Positions 51,215-64,000 of a stretch of DNA of 64,000 nt are shown here, one piece after another. Numbering within the stretch: the stretch's first letter is position 1; each line of letters begins with the position of its first letter. The notes beneath the pieces are model-generated. The model saw nothing but the letters and a program-made list of their open reading frames with translations, did no database searches and was not told the origin of the DNA. Made by a program: the position numbers and the translations under genes. Location: assembly GCF_006345805.1 (NCBI RefSeq), contig NC_042998.1, positions 156,364,001-156,428,000 of the forward strand, in the 5' to 3' direction. This stretch comes from Octopus sinensis. Its lineage: Eukaryota.

Positions 51215-51699
51215 GATAGATAGATATATACACATACATACATACACATATATATATATATATATAGGCACAAAGAAGCCAGCGCCATTTTGAAACAGCG
51301 AGATCTTGACTGCTACCATTGCTATATGCGAAACAAAACGAGATCTTGCCTGCAACCATTATTTAAGAAAAAGACAACAACATTTTTCCTCTCATTCTTC
51401 TCACGCTGACGCCGAGAAGACACTTTGAAGCCAGGAGCTCACAGCAGACTTTTGTCCTGCTATGATACCACATGCATTGTCTTCAGAGGGTATTGAACCT
51501 CATGTGTATGGGAGAGAAGGCTAACTACACAATGCTGTGAAGATGGTTACTGAAGGCAAACCCCTTGTACAAAGCACCAGTGAATAAATGACTATTGAAT
51601 TTACTCTGCCTGAGAACTTCATTCTTCGTATTTCCAGCTCCTTGAATCAACAGAATAATTAGAATGGAAAAAGAAGATACCCCAAAAATATCATAAACA

Positions 51700-51900
51700 C
51701 CTTCCTTCCGTTATACTACTACACCAGAGAATGGGTAATGACATCCTTCCATATAACCTGATTAGTGACTAGTCCATAGCCTACCCTGCCAGATATTTTA
51801 AGAATTTCAGCAGTAGTTTCTGATGGACCAAGAACTTCTCTTGCCTTTGAATTTTTAACTGCTTTATCTATTATACTGCTGTTTACTAGAATTGGTCCAC
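51700..51900 (-). mobile_element. Ancient RTE fragment
   Basis: GPILVNSSIIDKAVKNSKAREVLGPSETTAEILKISG matches GPAIRVDSSVVAKAIRSMKTGKAPGPSGITAEMLKMSG of copy 2. Confidence 0.7.
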
Positions 51901-52028
51901 ATTAAATGAGGGAGGTGGGGGGGGGACAAAGTCTCTGAACTTGTTTTCTTTGAGATGTGTAGCCTTTGCACTTTTTTTAATTTCTATTTAATACCAGAAT
52001 GTGAATATAATCAATTATTGATACTTAC

Positions 52029-52084
52029 TTAGTGTTTCCAGCAGTATTTAAAATAATATCTTCAGCATGAGCACTAAACAAAAC
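52029..52084 (-). CDS. PGM3: PGM3-like exon, VLFSAHAEDIILNTAGNT plus 2 nt
   Basis: Acceptor tttcag| and donor |gtaagt; 56 nt, phase 0/2. Continues GHGT into VLFS as expected for the family. Confidence 0.85.
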
Positions 52085-53247
52085 CTGAAAATTCCAAAAG
52101 AAATCACATGAATTTCTATGAAAAATTTAAGCATCAAAATAATTAACACACATTTCATTCACATCATTTTATTAGAGTAGTGGAATTTTAATGCTTGAGG
52201 TTCTTCTTGCTATAAACTCCTTATGGCATAAGCCTCTTATCAAGATACAATCTATAATTTTAGAAGTCTTTGAAATTGTAAAGCAAAACTCTCCCATTTT
52301 TATAATTCAAGCTTTTTTCAAAAAATTAACTTACAATTAAACCATTAAAGATTGACTTAGATTACATGAAAAAATTATTGGAGTAGAAACTGTGTATCTA
52401 GATGCTTGACCAAATAATGATTCAAATTGATGGTATCTATTTTAACAATTTTGATATCAACCTGCTTGAGACTACTCTACTTCTATGATACAAACTTCCT
52501 GTTTTAAAATGAGCTAAACTAAAACTTCCCATCAAAATTTCATGCTAGTTTATATCTCAAACACACCAGCTCAGTAAGGACAAAGTTATTTTTCTAAATT
52601 CTATATTATTTTCAAAATTGATTAAAACAAAGACAGAGTATTTCGACAGAAATATGGTAACAAAAATGTTAAGCTAAATTAAAATCTATAACAATGCTAC
52701 AAGCAGCATTTTACTGTTAAAAAAAATTTGTGGAACATTAATATATATTGTAATGCCCCTAGACAGAAAAAGTATTAGGGATTTTAGAAATAATGATGAA
52801 CTTTGAGTTAACAACTCCACTAACTACTGAGCAAGTAAGTTATATAATGTTGATAGGCAGTCAACAAGCATGGAAGATTACAACCTGCCAATAGGAAGTG
52901 GTAAAGCTACAGAAACAACGATGAAGAAGATAAGCCTTTGGGTGTAAACAGTTAGTGATTGATGCTTTCAAGTGGAGAAAAGAGGCTGAGTTGTTAAAGA
53001 TGGTGAGGTGGTAATAGTTATAATAATTCAGTCAGAGGAGGAGAACTAGGGTCCATGACTTTTGCATGCTCTCCCAGACTGATGGGACTAATGTGGCTGA
53101 TACCTAGCTTAAGCATCTGTAGGTCAAGGTCTGCAGGAAAATAGTCTGGTTTGAATGCTTGCAACAGAAGTAAAAGTTTCAAATAAATATGCTAATAAAC
53201 TGATTATTGATTTTAAAAGGACAAATTTATCAAGAAAAGTGACTTAC

Positions 53248-53349
53248 AGTTCCATGACCATTGGCTTCAAAATAAATCCCAATGTCATATTCCTGGGCTT
53301 TATGGTGTAGATGTTTAACACCAGTTGGAGTACATGCTACATCAACTTT
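53248..53349 (-). CDS. PGM3: PGM3-like exon, 34 aa [34 protein letters not shown]
   Basis: Acceptor ttctag| and donor |gtaagt; 102 nt, phase 0/0. Carries the diagnostic TGVKHLHH and YFEANGHGT motifs. Confidence 0.95.
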
Positions 53350-53949
53350 CTAGAAAATATAAATAATATAAATAATTGAAGGACTATTTATTTTCCATTA
53401 AACATACACAGACAACCAACAATGACAACAAATCAAGCTAAATTAAACCTTCCTTGGATGTTTTTCAGTTTAACAGTGGACAGCATAGCTACAATTAAGG
53501 TGAGATGTCAATGGCAGTAAATTATGCTCAGGTACTATCCTTGGTATCATAGATCTGCTCAAGCAAAGACTATTGGACAAAATCAACAGCTCTTTTTCTT
53601 CTCGTAGCCTTGCTCAATATCACTGCTAAATCTTCCTTATATTTTCTATCTTTAAAATATAGATAACTTGTTTTAAGTTCAAAATATTAAGAACAGAATA
53701 CTCAACAATAAAGATGGAATTAATAATTTTACAACTGTCAACCAAACTATTTAGTTATATCTGAAAATAGGATGAGTTGGACCTGAACATTCCTTTTCTG
53801 CATTTGATTGACAACTCATGAGCCATAAATTTACTAAAACAGAGTTTACTTGGAATAAATTTTATTCCAACTATTAACAACAGAAATATAGTTACAAAAA
53901 TAAACAATACAGGGAAAGGTAATAGCTTACAAACACAATATGAACTTAC

Positions 53950-54063
53950 CAAAGTTTTGCATATATAGTCCATAGCACTACCATTGGAATAAGCAGTCAA
54001 GACATTCCCAATATTCAAATCAATTTCAGAAGTATTAAGAAGCTGTTTTAAATAAGTACTAAC
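53950..54063 (-). CDS. PGM3: Phosphoacetylglucosamine mutase-like exon (first exon seen), 38 aa VSTYLKQLLNTSEIDLNIGNVLTAYSNGSAMDYICKTL
   Basis: Acceptor tttcag| and donor |gtaagt; 114 nt, phase 0/0. Resembles the PGM3 segment ISSFLKELL...LNIGVVQTAYANG (family sequence recalled, not searched). Confidence 0.9.
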
Positions 54064-54981
54064 CTGAAAATATGAAAGGTAAATTATAAAAAATGTAATT
54101 TCTGAGGATTGTTGTGATATCAAAACAATTATCTATCATTACTCTATTCTGAACGAACAGCAGCAGTGAGAAAGGGTCACTCTCAGTTTATGAATAATAA
54201 TACTTAGATTAAATTCAACTTTTTACTTTTCTTTTTACACTGATAACAAACAGATAAATCAAGTTTTATGTCTGAATAACAGATAGTAACCAATCAAATT
54301 ACATACTTTACAATATTTGACTTGGTATCTCACGGATGCTTGTTTAAACTTTGTATTTTATTTATAGTCATGAAAGTACTAGTAATATGCCATTTCATTA
54401 AATGCCTAACCTTTACAGAACTCTATGTTAAGACTAAAAATTAGTGATTTCGTATGAACAATAGCACAGAGGGTTATGTATCAGGTATTAAAGCCGATTT
54501 CCAAATTCAAATCTTGTGCATAAGTTGACTTCATATGCTACAACACAATTGAAAGAAAAAAAATTAGAAAATACATCCCTCCTTTTAAGGAAAAAGGATT
54601 TAGATGGATAGGTTGTATTCCATCTAATGTGACTCTATTCAGAAGGCTGTAATATAATTTGACAGGAAACCCAGTATAAAGAATACATAAACAAGGCTGT
54701 GACTTTAAATACCTTTAATGTGGTTACATGTATATACACAAGCTGAATGATATTATGAAAATGATTTGATGCATGGAGGCCATGGTCTTCTGTGTGTTAG
54801 CTCTTATCTGCTACTGGCATATGGTGTGAGAGAGAGATAGTTAGGTTACGTCTTCACAGTCTCATGTCCCGATGCAGAAAGAGAAAGTCCTAAGGGCTCG
54901 TACCAGAATCTCACTCTCTAACGCCATCTAGTGAACTTGTTTGTTTAATCCCGCTGTCAAAGGGGGGTAACTGCGCCTATA

Positions 54982-57350
54982 GAGGTCCCCCCCCCACTTA
55001 GACCGGAAGCAGTTGATTAAAAGTAGTGTAGGCAGAGAAGAATGAACCATGGCAAAACAGTTGTATGAACAATTAAAATTGAAAAAAAAATACAATGTGA
55101 GTACATACAAGGAAAACGTTCAGCAAAGAAAGGTGTCCAATCAAATAGAACAAAGCATATATGTACAATGATACAGAAAGAGAGAAGATACGAATGCAGT
55201 GTCTATAACAACATAAGTCTATTCTCCAGAACAATTACTGATGAGGCAAAGTTAAGAAATGTAAATAGTGTGAGATAATTTCTTCAGTCAATGAACTGAT
55301 CAGTCTGAACGTGTCCTGTAAGGTGAAGAATGCATTTGTGTAGTTGGTGTTTTGGCGAGCAGAGGTGGTGCTTGCGGGGGTGCAGTGTTTGTGGCATAAA
55401 TGTTTCGGTAAAGGCTTTTTTTTACTCTGTCAATAGAGACAGTCTCTTTTTTTTCTGTGAAAGTCGACAGTGAACAGTTTCAGTGTTCTTCTAAGAATGC
55501 GATAGGGTCCAGTTAAGGGAGGTGTGAGCGGTCCCTTGACAGCATCATTTCTTACAAACACGTGGGTAAAGGTAGAAATATCTCAGGGTACTACAGAAGA
55601 AATAGACTGGTCACGAGGAAGCATTGGTGGCAAGTCAGCAAAGAATGACCTGAATCACGTGATGTAAGATGTGGAGGTCTGCATTTGGTAAGCCGACGGG
55701 CGCCAACATTTGTCCAGGAAGTGCTATGGTGTGTCATACATGAGCTCAGTGGAGGAGTAGCCTAAATCCTCCTTGACAGCTGAGTGGCACTCCAGTAGAA
55801 CAATGGGGAGAAACTTGGACCAACGATGAGGGTCAAGAGCCATGCGAATTGTGGCTTTAAGTTGGTGGTGGAATCATTCCACCATAACGTCTGTAGCGGA
55901 ATGGTAACTTGTGGTGTGGATGTGCTGTACCCCGAGCATTCTTGAAAGCTCACAGAACAGACAAGCTTCAAATTGGCATCCACAATCAGTAATAATTCTA
56001 GAGAGTACTTTGAAGTGAGACATCCACCCAGAGATGAGTTCTCTGGTGACTGTTTCTGTGGAAATGTCGAGAGGGATGGCTTTAGGCCATCTAGAAAAGC
56101 AGTTGATGCAGGTCGATATATAAGTAAATCTGCAACTGAGCAGCCAAGGACCAACCAGGTCGATGTGTATGTGACAGAACCTGGTTTCCAGTGGCTGAAA
56201 GTGTCCAAGACATGCTCTCATATGACGATGTGCCTTGGAATGCTGACATGGTAGACAGGCACGTGACCAAACAGTAATAAACCAATGAATATTTGGCCAG
56301 AAAAAGCAGGCTAAGATGAGCTTTACTGCGACCACAATGCCAGGGTGTGACAGTGAATGCAGTGCTTCAAAAACAGAATGACGGTGACATTCAGGAACAA
56401 AGGGTTGTGGTGACCCAGTAGAAACATCGCAGAGAATGGTTCCTTCAGAAAAAGGCAGAGGCAGGTGTTCAAACTTGCAACAAAGAAACTGTGGTGAAGA
56501 GACATCCAGAGGGTCCAAGGAGGTCAGTAGCCATAGCAACCAAATCAATCAAAGCAGGAGATGACAATGCACTGATAGGCAGGCGAGATAAGGTATCAGG
56601 GAGTGGGTTGTCGGAGCCAGCAATGTGGCAAATATCACTAGTGAACTGTGATATGTAGTCCAATTGCCTTGTTTCTCTGGGCAAGTACCGGTCCATTTTG
56701 GCAAAGAGAGCGAATGTTAGTGGTTTGTGGTTGGTGAAAATCATGAAATCTCTACCTTTGAAGGTATAGTGTGTTTGGTAAAGAACTCTTAGCAATTTAC
56801 CTGGTGGTGAAGCATTTCTATTATCTTCTCAAGAAGATAATAGAAATGCTTCACCACCAGGTAAATTGCTAAGAGTTCTTTACCAAACACACTATATCTC
56901 AATTTGGCATTTTTCAGCTAGCAAGAGAAGGCTAATGGCTGGCTTCAGCTGTTAACAGATTGCTCTAAAACTCCGGCAACAGCTGATGATGACACGTCAA
57001 AAGTAAGTGATAATTTTGCATCTGCAACAGGATGAGTGAAGAAGGATGCTTGAGCAAGGTCAGCTTTGATAGATTCAAAAGCCTGGATAGCTGTAGGAGA
57101 CAGCGTTATCTGGGAGTCTTTTTTTTCATTGATGTTTCAAGAGATAGGTCAAGCGAAGCAACTTTTCTGCACAGTTAGGAATGAAACAGCGATAATAGTT
57201 AATTAAACCAATAAAATTTTTGAGCTGTTTTAAAGAAGCAGGGGGAGACAAGCGTTTGATTGCTTCCACTTTAGAGGAAAGCGAACAAATACCATCGGCA
57301 TCAATGAGATACCCCAAGAATTCCAAACTGGTAGAACCATTTATAAACAT
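54982..57350 (-). mobile_element. Decayed Gypsy LTR retrotransposon pol (RT end, RNase H, integrase) with a possible PPT
   Basis: EFLGY...FIGLINYYRCFI; IFTNHKPL...DTLSR; HSLSHPG..C..C, HIDLVGP, TDCGCQFE; GPYRIL, TVSIDRVK; purine tract near 54982-54999. Confidence 0.88.
56765..56896. repeat. Perfect 65-bp palindrome with a 2-nt spacer inside the Gypsy RNase H region
   Basis: Arms 56765-56829 and 56832-56896 are exact reverse complements. Confidence 0.95.
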
Positions 57351-57507
57351 ATGTTAAGTTAGTATATAAATATTTAACTATTTCTATATTTTCTGTCCCT
57401 CTATTGTGTAAAATTTTGATTGATACTGTAAGTATTCATAAATATTCTTCTTAGTATTCATTAGATTAACCCTAAATTTTATCTGTGTATATATATATAT
57501 ATATATA

Positions 57508-58410
57508 TTAAGGTATGTAGAAAAATACAACATGGACAAGAACGTATAACTCATAGAAGACGATACAATAAACATGGACAGGACATTCGAACCCCTCAGT
57601 CTTCAGTCAAGAACCGGATCATCGTAGTAATTTCGGCTGATTAATCTTGAGATTACTAGATCACGGCCAGCCCTCCAAGAAAAACTAAGCTGGAAGCGTA
57701 GATTTCCTGGAAGAAGGATCGAATGCATACGAACACCAGGACAGCAAAGGGACAGATATAAAAAAAACAAAAAAACAATAATGGAATACAGAAACATGAA
57801 ATACAGAAGCATTAACGGTGAAAACAACAAGTGTCTTACGACTGATAACAAGCAAACAAATTTTTTCTCTGGCGCATTGGAAAAAGCCTTTTATAGCGGC
57901 GGACGAAGAAAAACGATGTTAACACGACGAGGGTCAGGAGCTGAAAGGCAGATTTCGGCCAACAGTCACGTGACAGAGAAGAGGGAAAAGAAAAGAAAGA
58001 GAGAGAGAGAAAAGGGGGACAAAACGCAACAAAGAGAGAGAAGAGAGAGAAAGAAGGAATCAGAGAGGAGAAGGGATGGGTGTCGAAGAATGACCTGTGA
58101 GTGCAGAGCGAGACAAAGAAATAGGAGGGTAGTGGAAGACTAGACCAAAGGATCAGAGGAAAGAGAAGATGAATAGAGAGAAAGTAAAAATGAGAGAGAG
58201 AGAGAGACAACAGAGAGTCGTACCAATTATTAAGAATATGTGTTCACATTAATGATAAAGGGGGTACGGGGCGCCTGGAATATATGTTAAGGTATGTAGA
58301 AAAATACAACATGGACAAGAACGTATAACTCATAGAAGACGATACAATAAACATGGACAGGACATTCGAACCCCTCAGTCTTCAGTCAAGAACCGGATCA
58401 TCGTAGTAAT
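57508..58410. mobile_element. Unclassified element bounded by identical 124-bp direct repeats
   Basis: 57508-57631 equals 58287-58410; GA-rich interior; TA-rich flanks. Confidence 0.6.
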
Positions 58411-59350
58411 ATATAATTATATATATATAGATATATATATATATTAGCATTGTTTTATAGTAGGTAAAATTGTAGTAATATATGATAAGACTTCCCCTGT
58501 CCCATTAGCATTGGTCTGCTTAATATCAGCCAAAATCTTGTTTGAAGTATCTTCTTACTGAACCAAATGGCTTTCCTTCAAATAAATCGTGATTTATGAC
58601 TATGCCACTTAAATTGTCTATCTACTTTACCCCACCCCAAACTGATACTGCCTTCTGTCTTCTCTCAGATTTGATAAACTAGCCTATAAATTAAAACTGA
58701 CCCCCACCCCCATAATAATAGAAATAATCAGTGAATAAGCAGTGTCTTTTTTTGAAAAAATTTCAGTTATAACTGTGATGTTGTTGGTAAAACATGCTAT
58801 TCGTGTATCTCCTTATCCTCTTGGAGATTTTGGATAAAATTATACTAATAAGTGTCTTCAAATTTAATTAAATTCTATGGCTTTTGTGCAGCTGAAGATT
58901 GCTCTACATTTTAAATTGATGTAATGTTTGCATTGTTCAATTAAATGGAGTGGCATGAAACGATCGTACTGCATTACCCCTGGATATATATATATTGTTG
59001 TTGTTGTTGTTGGCATCCTTTTTGTCTCAGGAGACAATGGAGTTGCGCATAAAATAATCTAGTCCGGCTTTTACATTTCATGTCCTAATACATCTCCTGC
59101 TGTTGCTGTGTAGTCCGATCCTCGACAAAAACTCCCTCTGGCAGGTGCCACAAATGTAGTGAAGACTTTGCCTGGCTGGTTGTAATGTCATAGTTTCTTA
59201 TTAACATCTTTTCTTGTCTTTCCATTTCTCCTCTCTCCCTCTGTCATTCCTTTGTGTTCCCTCTTTTATGGTACGTCGCCAATCTCCACAGTTGCTAATA
59301 TTGATGTCGCAAGCATATATACATACATACATACATATATCATCATCATC

Positions 59351-59450
59351 NNNNNNNNNNNNNNNNNNNNNNNNNNNNNNNNNNNNNNNNNNNNNNNNNN
59401 NNNNNNNNNNNNNNNNNNNNNNNNNNNNNNNNNNNNNNNNNNNNNNNNNN
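59351..59450. other. Assembly gap (100 N)
   Basis: Read directly. Confidence 1.
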
Positions 59451-60370
59451 AGCTAGCATGATCCGCTGGATGTGTAATGTCAGTATGCACACACGACAGA
59501 GTGTAAACACCCTGAGAGAAATGCTGGAAATAAGAAGCATCAGATGTGGTGTGCAAGAGCGACGCTAGCGATGGTATGGTCATGTACTGCGGATGGATGA
59601 GGAGAGATGTGTGAAGAAGTGCCACTCCCAAACAGTTGGAGGTATCAGGGGGAGAAGTAGACCCAGGAAGACATGGGATGAGGTAGTCAAGCATGACCTC
59701 AGAGCATTGGGCCTCACTGAGGCTATGGCGAAGGACCGAGATCTCTGGAGATATGCTGTGACTGCAAAGACACGGGCTGCTTCCTGCACCAGTTCCGCAT
59801 AGCCCCTGCCCATTCAAAGTACACTGGATTCCAGAACGCCCCGCTGTGCCTGAGGAGACCTGTCGAGTCATGAACATGAACATCGAAATAAATATCAATG
59901 GAAATAGTAGTTGTGATACCTGTGCCGGTGGCACATAAAAAGCACCATCTGAACGTGGCCGTTGCCAGCGCCGACTCGACTGGCTTCTGTGACGGTAGCA
60001 CATAAAAAGCACCATCCGAACGTGGCCGATGCCAGCACCGCCCCGACTGGCTTCTGTGCCGGTGGCACATAAAAAGCACCATCCGAACGTGGCCGTTGCC
60101 AGCGCTGCCTAGGCTGGCTTCCGTGCCGGTGGCATGTTAAAATCTCCAACCGCTCGTGGCCAATGCCGGACCCCCCTGGCACCTGTGCAGGTGGCACGTA
60201 AAAAGCACCCACTACACTCGCGGAGTGGTTGGCATTAGGAAGGGCATCCAGCTGTAGAAACTCTGCCAGATCAGACTGGAGCCTGGTGCAGCCCCTGGCT
60301 TCCCTGAACCCGGTCGAACCATCCAACCTGTGCTAGCATAGAAAACGGACGTTTAAACGATGATGATGAT
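59451..60370 (+). mobile_element. RTE 3' fragment of a different subfamily, with tandem 3'UTR units and GAT tail
   Basis: MIRWMCNV...GRSRPRKTWDEVV; repeated gtggcacataaaaagcaccatc units. Confidence 0.88.
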
Positions 60371-60424
60371 GATATATATAAATATATACACATACATATA
60401 TAAAGATATACATTTATATATACA

Positions 60425-60492
<68 letters not shown>

Positions 60493-60541
60493 TATGTATA
60501 TATGTATATATATATATATATCCTTAAATCCTTAAAAATAT

Positions 60542-61445
60542 TTTAGCCCGAAGGCCACGGCCATACTGGGACACCACTGCTGAATGAGCTACACTATTAT
60601 GTGAATCCACCTCTGATACGTGGCACTTGGTCAACAAGGGAGTTCGATGCTGCTGCCCGCATCTGTGTCTCCTGTCGTGAGGTAGGTTCATCTGGGACCC
60701 CTCACAAGAGGAGATCCAGTTTTCTTTTAAAGAAACCCACATTCACACGATGCAAGTCTCTCAGGCATTTAGGGAGGATGTTAAAGAGCTGTGGTCCTCT
60801 GAAACCCAAGCTGTTGCAGTATCTGGTCCTGTATTTTGATGGTGATGTTGGAATCTTTGGCACCATGCAGTGGCGCCCCGTTCTGCAGTTGGGGTAACTT
60901 TGAATGCCAAAGTTTGGGACAAGATCCTCCAGGATTTTCCAGATGTATATCACCGCATATCTCTCCCGCCTTCGCTCTAGGGAGAAGAGTTTTAATACTT
61001 TCAGTCTTTCCCAGTAGCTGATATGTTGCATTGAGGCGATCTTCTTTGTGTAGCTTCTTTGAATTGCTTCGAGTTCTGCTGTTAGTTTTATATTGTGTGG
61101 TGACCATAGTTGGGAGCAGTAGTCCAGGCGGCTGAGGACCAAAGTTTTCCACAGGACCATCAGTGTCTCCTTCTCTCTTGTTCTGAAAGTTCGGAGAATC
61201 CATCCAGCTAGCCTTCTGCATTTTATCACCAGATTAGTAATATGCACTTGGAAAGATGCATCATTGCTCATGTCAATGCCCAGGTCACGCACTGATTTTG
61301 ACTCAGGGATTGCAATTCTTCCCGGGTCAGTGTATCCAGTCTGCATGTCGTTTACCTTTGTGTGCCGGTAGCGCAGGGCCTGGAACTTACCTGCGTTAAA
61401 CTGCATGTTGTTGTCCTCAGCCCACCTGTATATTGTATCCAACAT
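60542..61445 (-). mobile_element. CR1-group LINE 3' portion, subfamily A, with (AAGGATTT) tail
   Basis: 247-aa ORF MQFNAGKFQALRYR...FSLERRRERY. Confidence 0.9.
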
Positions 61446-62395
61446 CTGGGACTCTCGACAGGAAGATGTCCAGCTTTGATTTAAAATCCGCTACATCTAA
61501 TTTGTGCAAGTTCCTCAGACTCTTTGGGAGAATATTAAAAAGCTGTGGGCCCTTGAAACCCAGGCTGTTGCAGAAGCTGGTCCTGAAGCATGATGGCATT
61601 GCTGGGATCTTTGGCACTATGCAGTGTCGTCCCGTTCTAGCATTGGTGTAGCTTACAATGCCAAAATTTGGCACAATTCCTTCCAGGATCTTCCAGACAT
61701 ACATTACTGCATACCTCTCCCGTCTTCTCTCCAGGGAGTAGAGTCTTAGCTGTTTCAACCTTTCCCAGTAGCTGAGCTGCTGCAAAGAGACGATCTTCTT
61801 TGTGAAACTTCTCTGGGTTGCTTCATGGTCTGCTGTTAATTTCACACTGGTGGGTGACCATAGCTGTGAGCAGTAATCCAGGCAGCTGAGGACGAATGTC
61901 CGCCAGAGGACCATCATGGTTTCCTTATCTCTGGTTCTGAATGTTCTTAGGATCCATCCAGCCAGTCGTCTGCACTTTGTCGCCATCCTGGTAATGTGCA
62001 CTTAGAAAGAGGTATCCTCACTCATGTCAATACCCAGGTCCCTCACAGACTTAGGCTCTGGGACTGAAATTCCCTGTGAACCGGTGTATCCTGTAAGTTT
62101 AATATTCAGTCTTGGATGCTAGTAGCGCAGGGCCTGGAATTTTTCAGCATTAAACTGCATATTATTATCCTCAGCCCATCTGTAGATTGAGTCCAACTAC
62201 TGCTGCAGGTGTGCAACATCACTGGGGTTCTGTATTTTCTGCGAGATTTTTGTATCATCTGCATAGCTTGCCAGAGTGGCTATCTGGGCATTTGAGGGCA
62301 TATCTGAGAGGGCCACTATAAAAAGCAGTGGTCCCAAGACAGTGCCCTGTGGAACACCACTCACTATTTGTGTGTTCATAGAGGTGGCTCCATTA
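61446..62395 (-). mobile_element. CR1-group LINE fragment, subfamily B, cut at SRVPD
   Basis: GVPQGTVLGP, YADD, CRRLAGWILRTF, YSLERRRERY. Confidence 0.9.
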
Positions 62396-62412
62396 ACATA
62401 TATATATATATA

Positions 62413-64000
62413 CTAGCAGAATTGCCCGGCGTTGCTCGGGGCTGAATTGCTTGAAAGTACTGTTAATGATTGCACTGAATTATGATGATTATTCAGGCAA
62501 ATATTGATATAAGTTTACGCTGGGAGATAAGGACTTAACGATCAAACGTGTGCCATTGCATTGTTTTGGGGGAACCAAATTTCTGATGAGCATTATAGGG
62601 GCACCAACTTTAAGTTTGAGAATGTGTGGTGTTAGTCCGGGGGGCTCAAAGGAATTGAGTACCTCTATTAGATAGTTGATGACGTCCTGTGGGTCAGGAG
62701 TTGTATTGATAGACTGATATACATAGATTTCCCCAGGAATGAGTTTTAGCATTTCATCATTAATATGGTGAACAGTTTTATTCCTCGGGACCAGTATAGC
62801 CTTTTGGCCAATCCAATCCATATTCTGATAATTAGCTTGTAGATCTTAGAACACTGCATCTCTGAGATAAGAAGGCGTCTTAACAATGGTACAAATGGAA
62901 TCGATGGCAATATTACCATTTTCATCCCCTGGTATTTTGCCTTCGCCAAGTGCAAGGAGGGTGTGAGGAAATGCTGCTGATGTGATATTACGTCGCATAT
63001 GAGCATGCATATTGGTGTGAAGTTTGAGAGTTACTTCCCTTTATTAAAAAAAATATGCATTAAAATGGAAGTAAATGATGGTAAATTATTTGTAAAATCG
63101 TAGACTCATCGTAGACGCACCAGAAGGGCTCGATATGAATCACGACTATAAGATACTCGGTTTTGGTTAAACTGCATCACAAAATGTGGGAGTGGTTAGG
63201 AATCTAAATCGGAGTAGACAGACACACAACCTTTCTTTTATATATAAAGATTTTCGTCCTAAAAAACTTTGTATGGATTGAATGGTTACCTCTATGGAAA
63301 TATATACACGCACATTATACATACATGTGTGTATAGATGAATATATAAATACATTTAAATATCTATATACACTTTTGGGCGATCTTTCTGCTACTTGGAT
63401 ATACTTTAGATCTTATATTCGTCCAATTCGTCCTAAATAACTTTGTATGGAGTGAATGGTTACCTCTATGGAAATATATACACACACATTATACATACAT
63501 GTGTGTATAGATGAATATATAAATACATTTAAATATCTATATACACTTTTGGGTGATCTTTCTGCTACTTGGATATACTTTAGATCTTATATTCGTCCAA
63601 TTCGTCCTAAATAACTTTGTATGGAATGAATGGTTACCTCTATGGAAATATATACACACACATTATACATACATGTGTGTATAGATGAATATATAAATAC
63701 ATTTAAATATCTATATACACTTTTGGGCGATCAGACACACACACACACACACGCACCCTCACACACACGCACACACGTTAGCTTACAATTTTATTTATAT
63801 ATTTGCATGTCTATGTGTGTAAAGAGGAAGTGGGAGTAATATGCAGAGTAAAGGCTTCGAAGTAAAATGTTAAAATATTGAGTTTTCTCGAATTTTGTCT
63901 TAATTGGGGGTGAAACTGAAAGAAATTTTGTATGGCATGACCGAATGAAAGTACTTTGAAAAATCATAGGTAAACTGTAATTGAAGAAATTATGTATTTA
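62413..64000 (-). mobile_element. Composite non-autonomous Helitron, copy 2 (runs off the window)
   Basis: CTAG 3' end at 62413, helicase remnant about 62489-63030, internal TC start at 63250, tandem units; lacks the LINE insert of copy 1. Confidence 0.88.

Noticed and set aside
53040-53175. Short minus-strand open stretch (AFKPDYFPADLDLQMLKLG) with AG/GT-like boundaries inside a PGM3-like intron
   Set aside because: No recognisable homology, and the flanking exons already join in frame to give the expected sequence.
57560-57640. Hammerhead-like CUGAAGA...GAA on the minus strand of the 124-bp repeats
   Set aside because: Stem II and stem III cannot be paired convincingly in any topology.

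Overview
AT-rich, repeat-saturated animal DNA, very likely an Octopus genome. This is inferred from the huge (TA)/(TACA) arrays, RTE LINEs with (GAT)n tails and tRNA-type SINEs; the species cannot be fixed from sequence. The only host gene I can support is a minus-strand phosphoacetylglucosamine mutase (PGM3/AGM1-like). Five small GT-AG exons (53950-54063, 53248-53349, 52029-52084, 30590-30653, 25599-25721) splice into one open frame containing [17 protein letters not shown] and GDSISD, and only one of them shows in the ORF track. No N-terminal or C-terminal exons were found, so the rest of the window is probably intron. It holds two near-identical long RTE LINEs (one nearly full length, with a PHD-like finger inside the RT), many CR1/L2-group LINE fragments, SINEs sharing their 3' stem-loop, two Gypsy LTR elements, Helitrons, an R4/Dong-like relic, MITEs, and Penelope-like remnants with four hammerhead-ribozyme motifs. 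The Tyr/Ile/Met/Cys-rich ORFs are microsatellite artefacts. I found no clearly new protein-coding system. The best leads are RNA-level: a sense-strand intronic hammerhead with an intact core, a cluster of long hairpins, a covarying SINE/LINE 3' stem-loop, and tandem 5' monomers ahead of the RTE.
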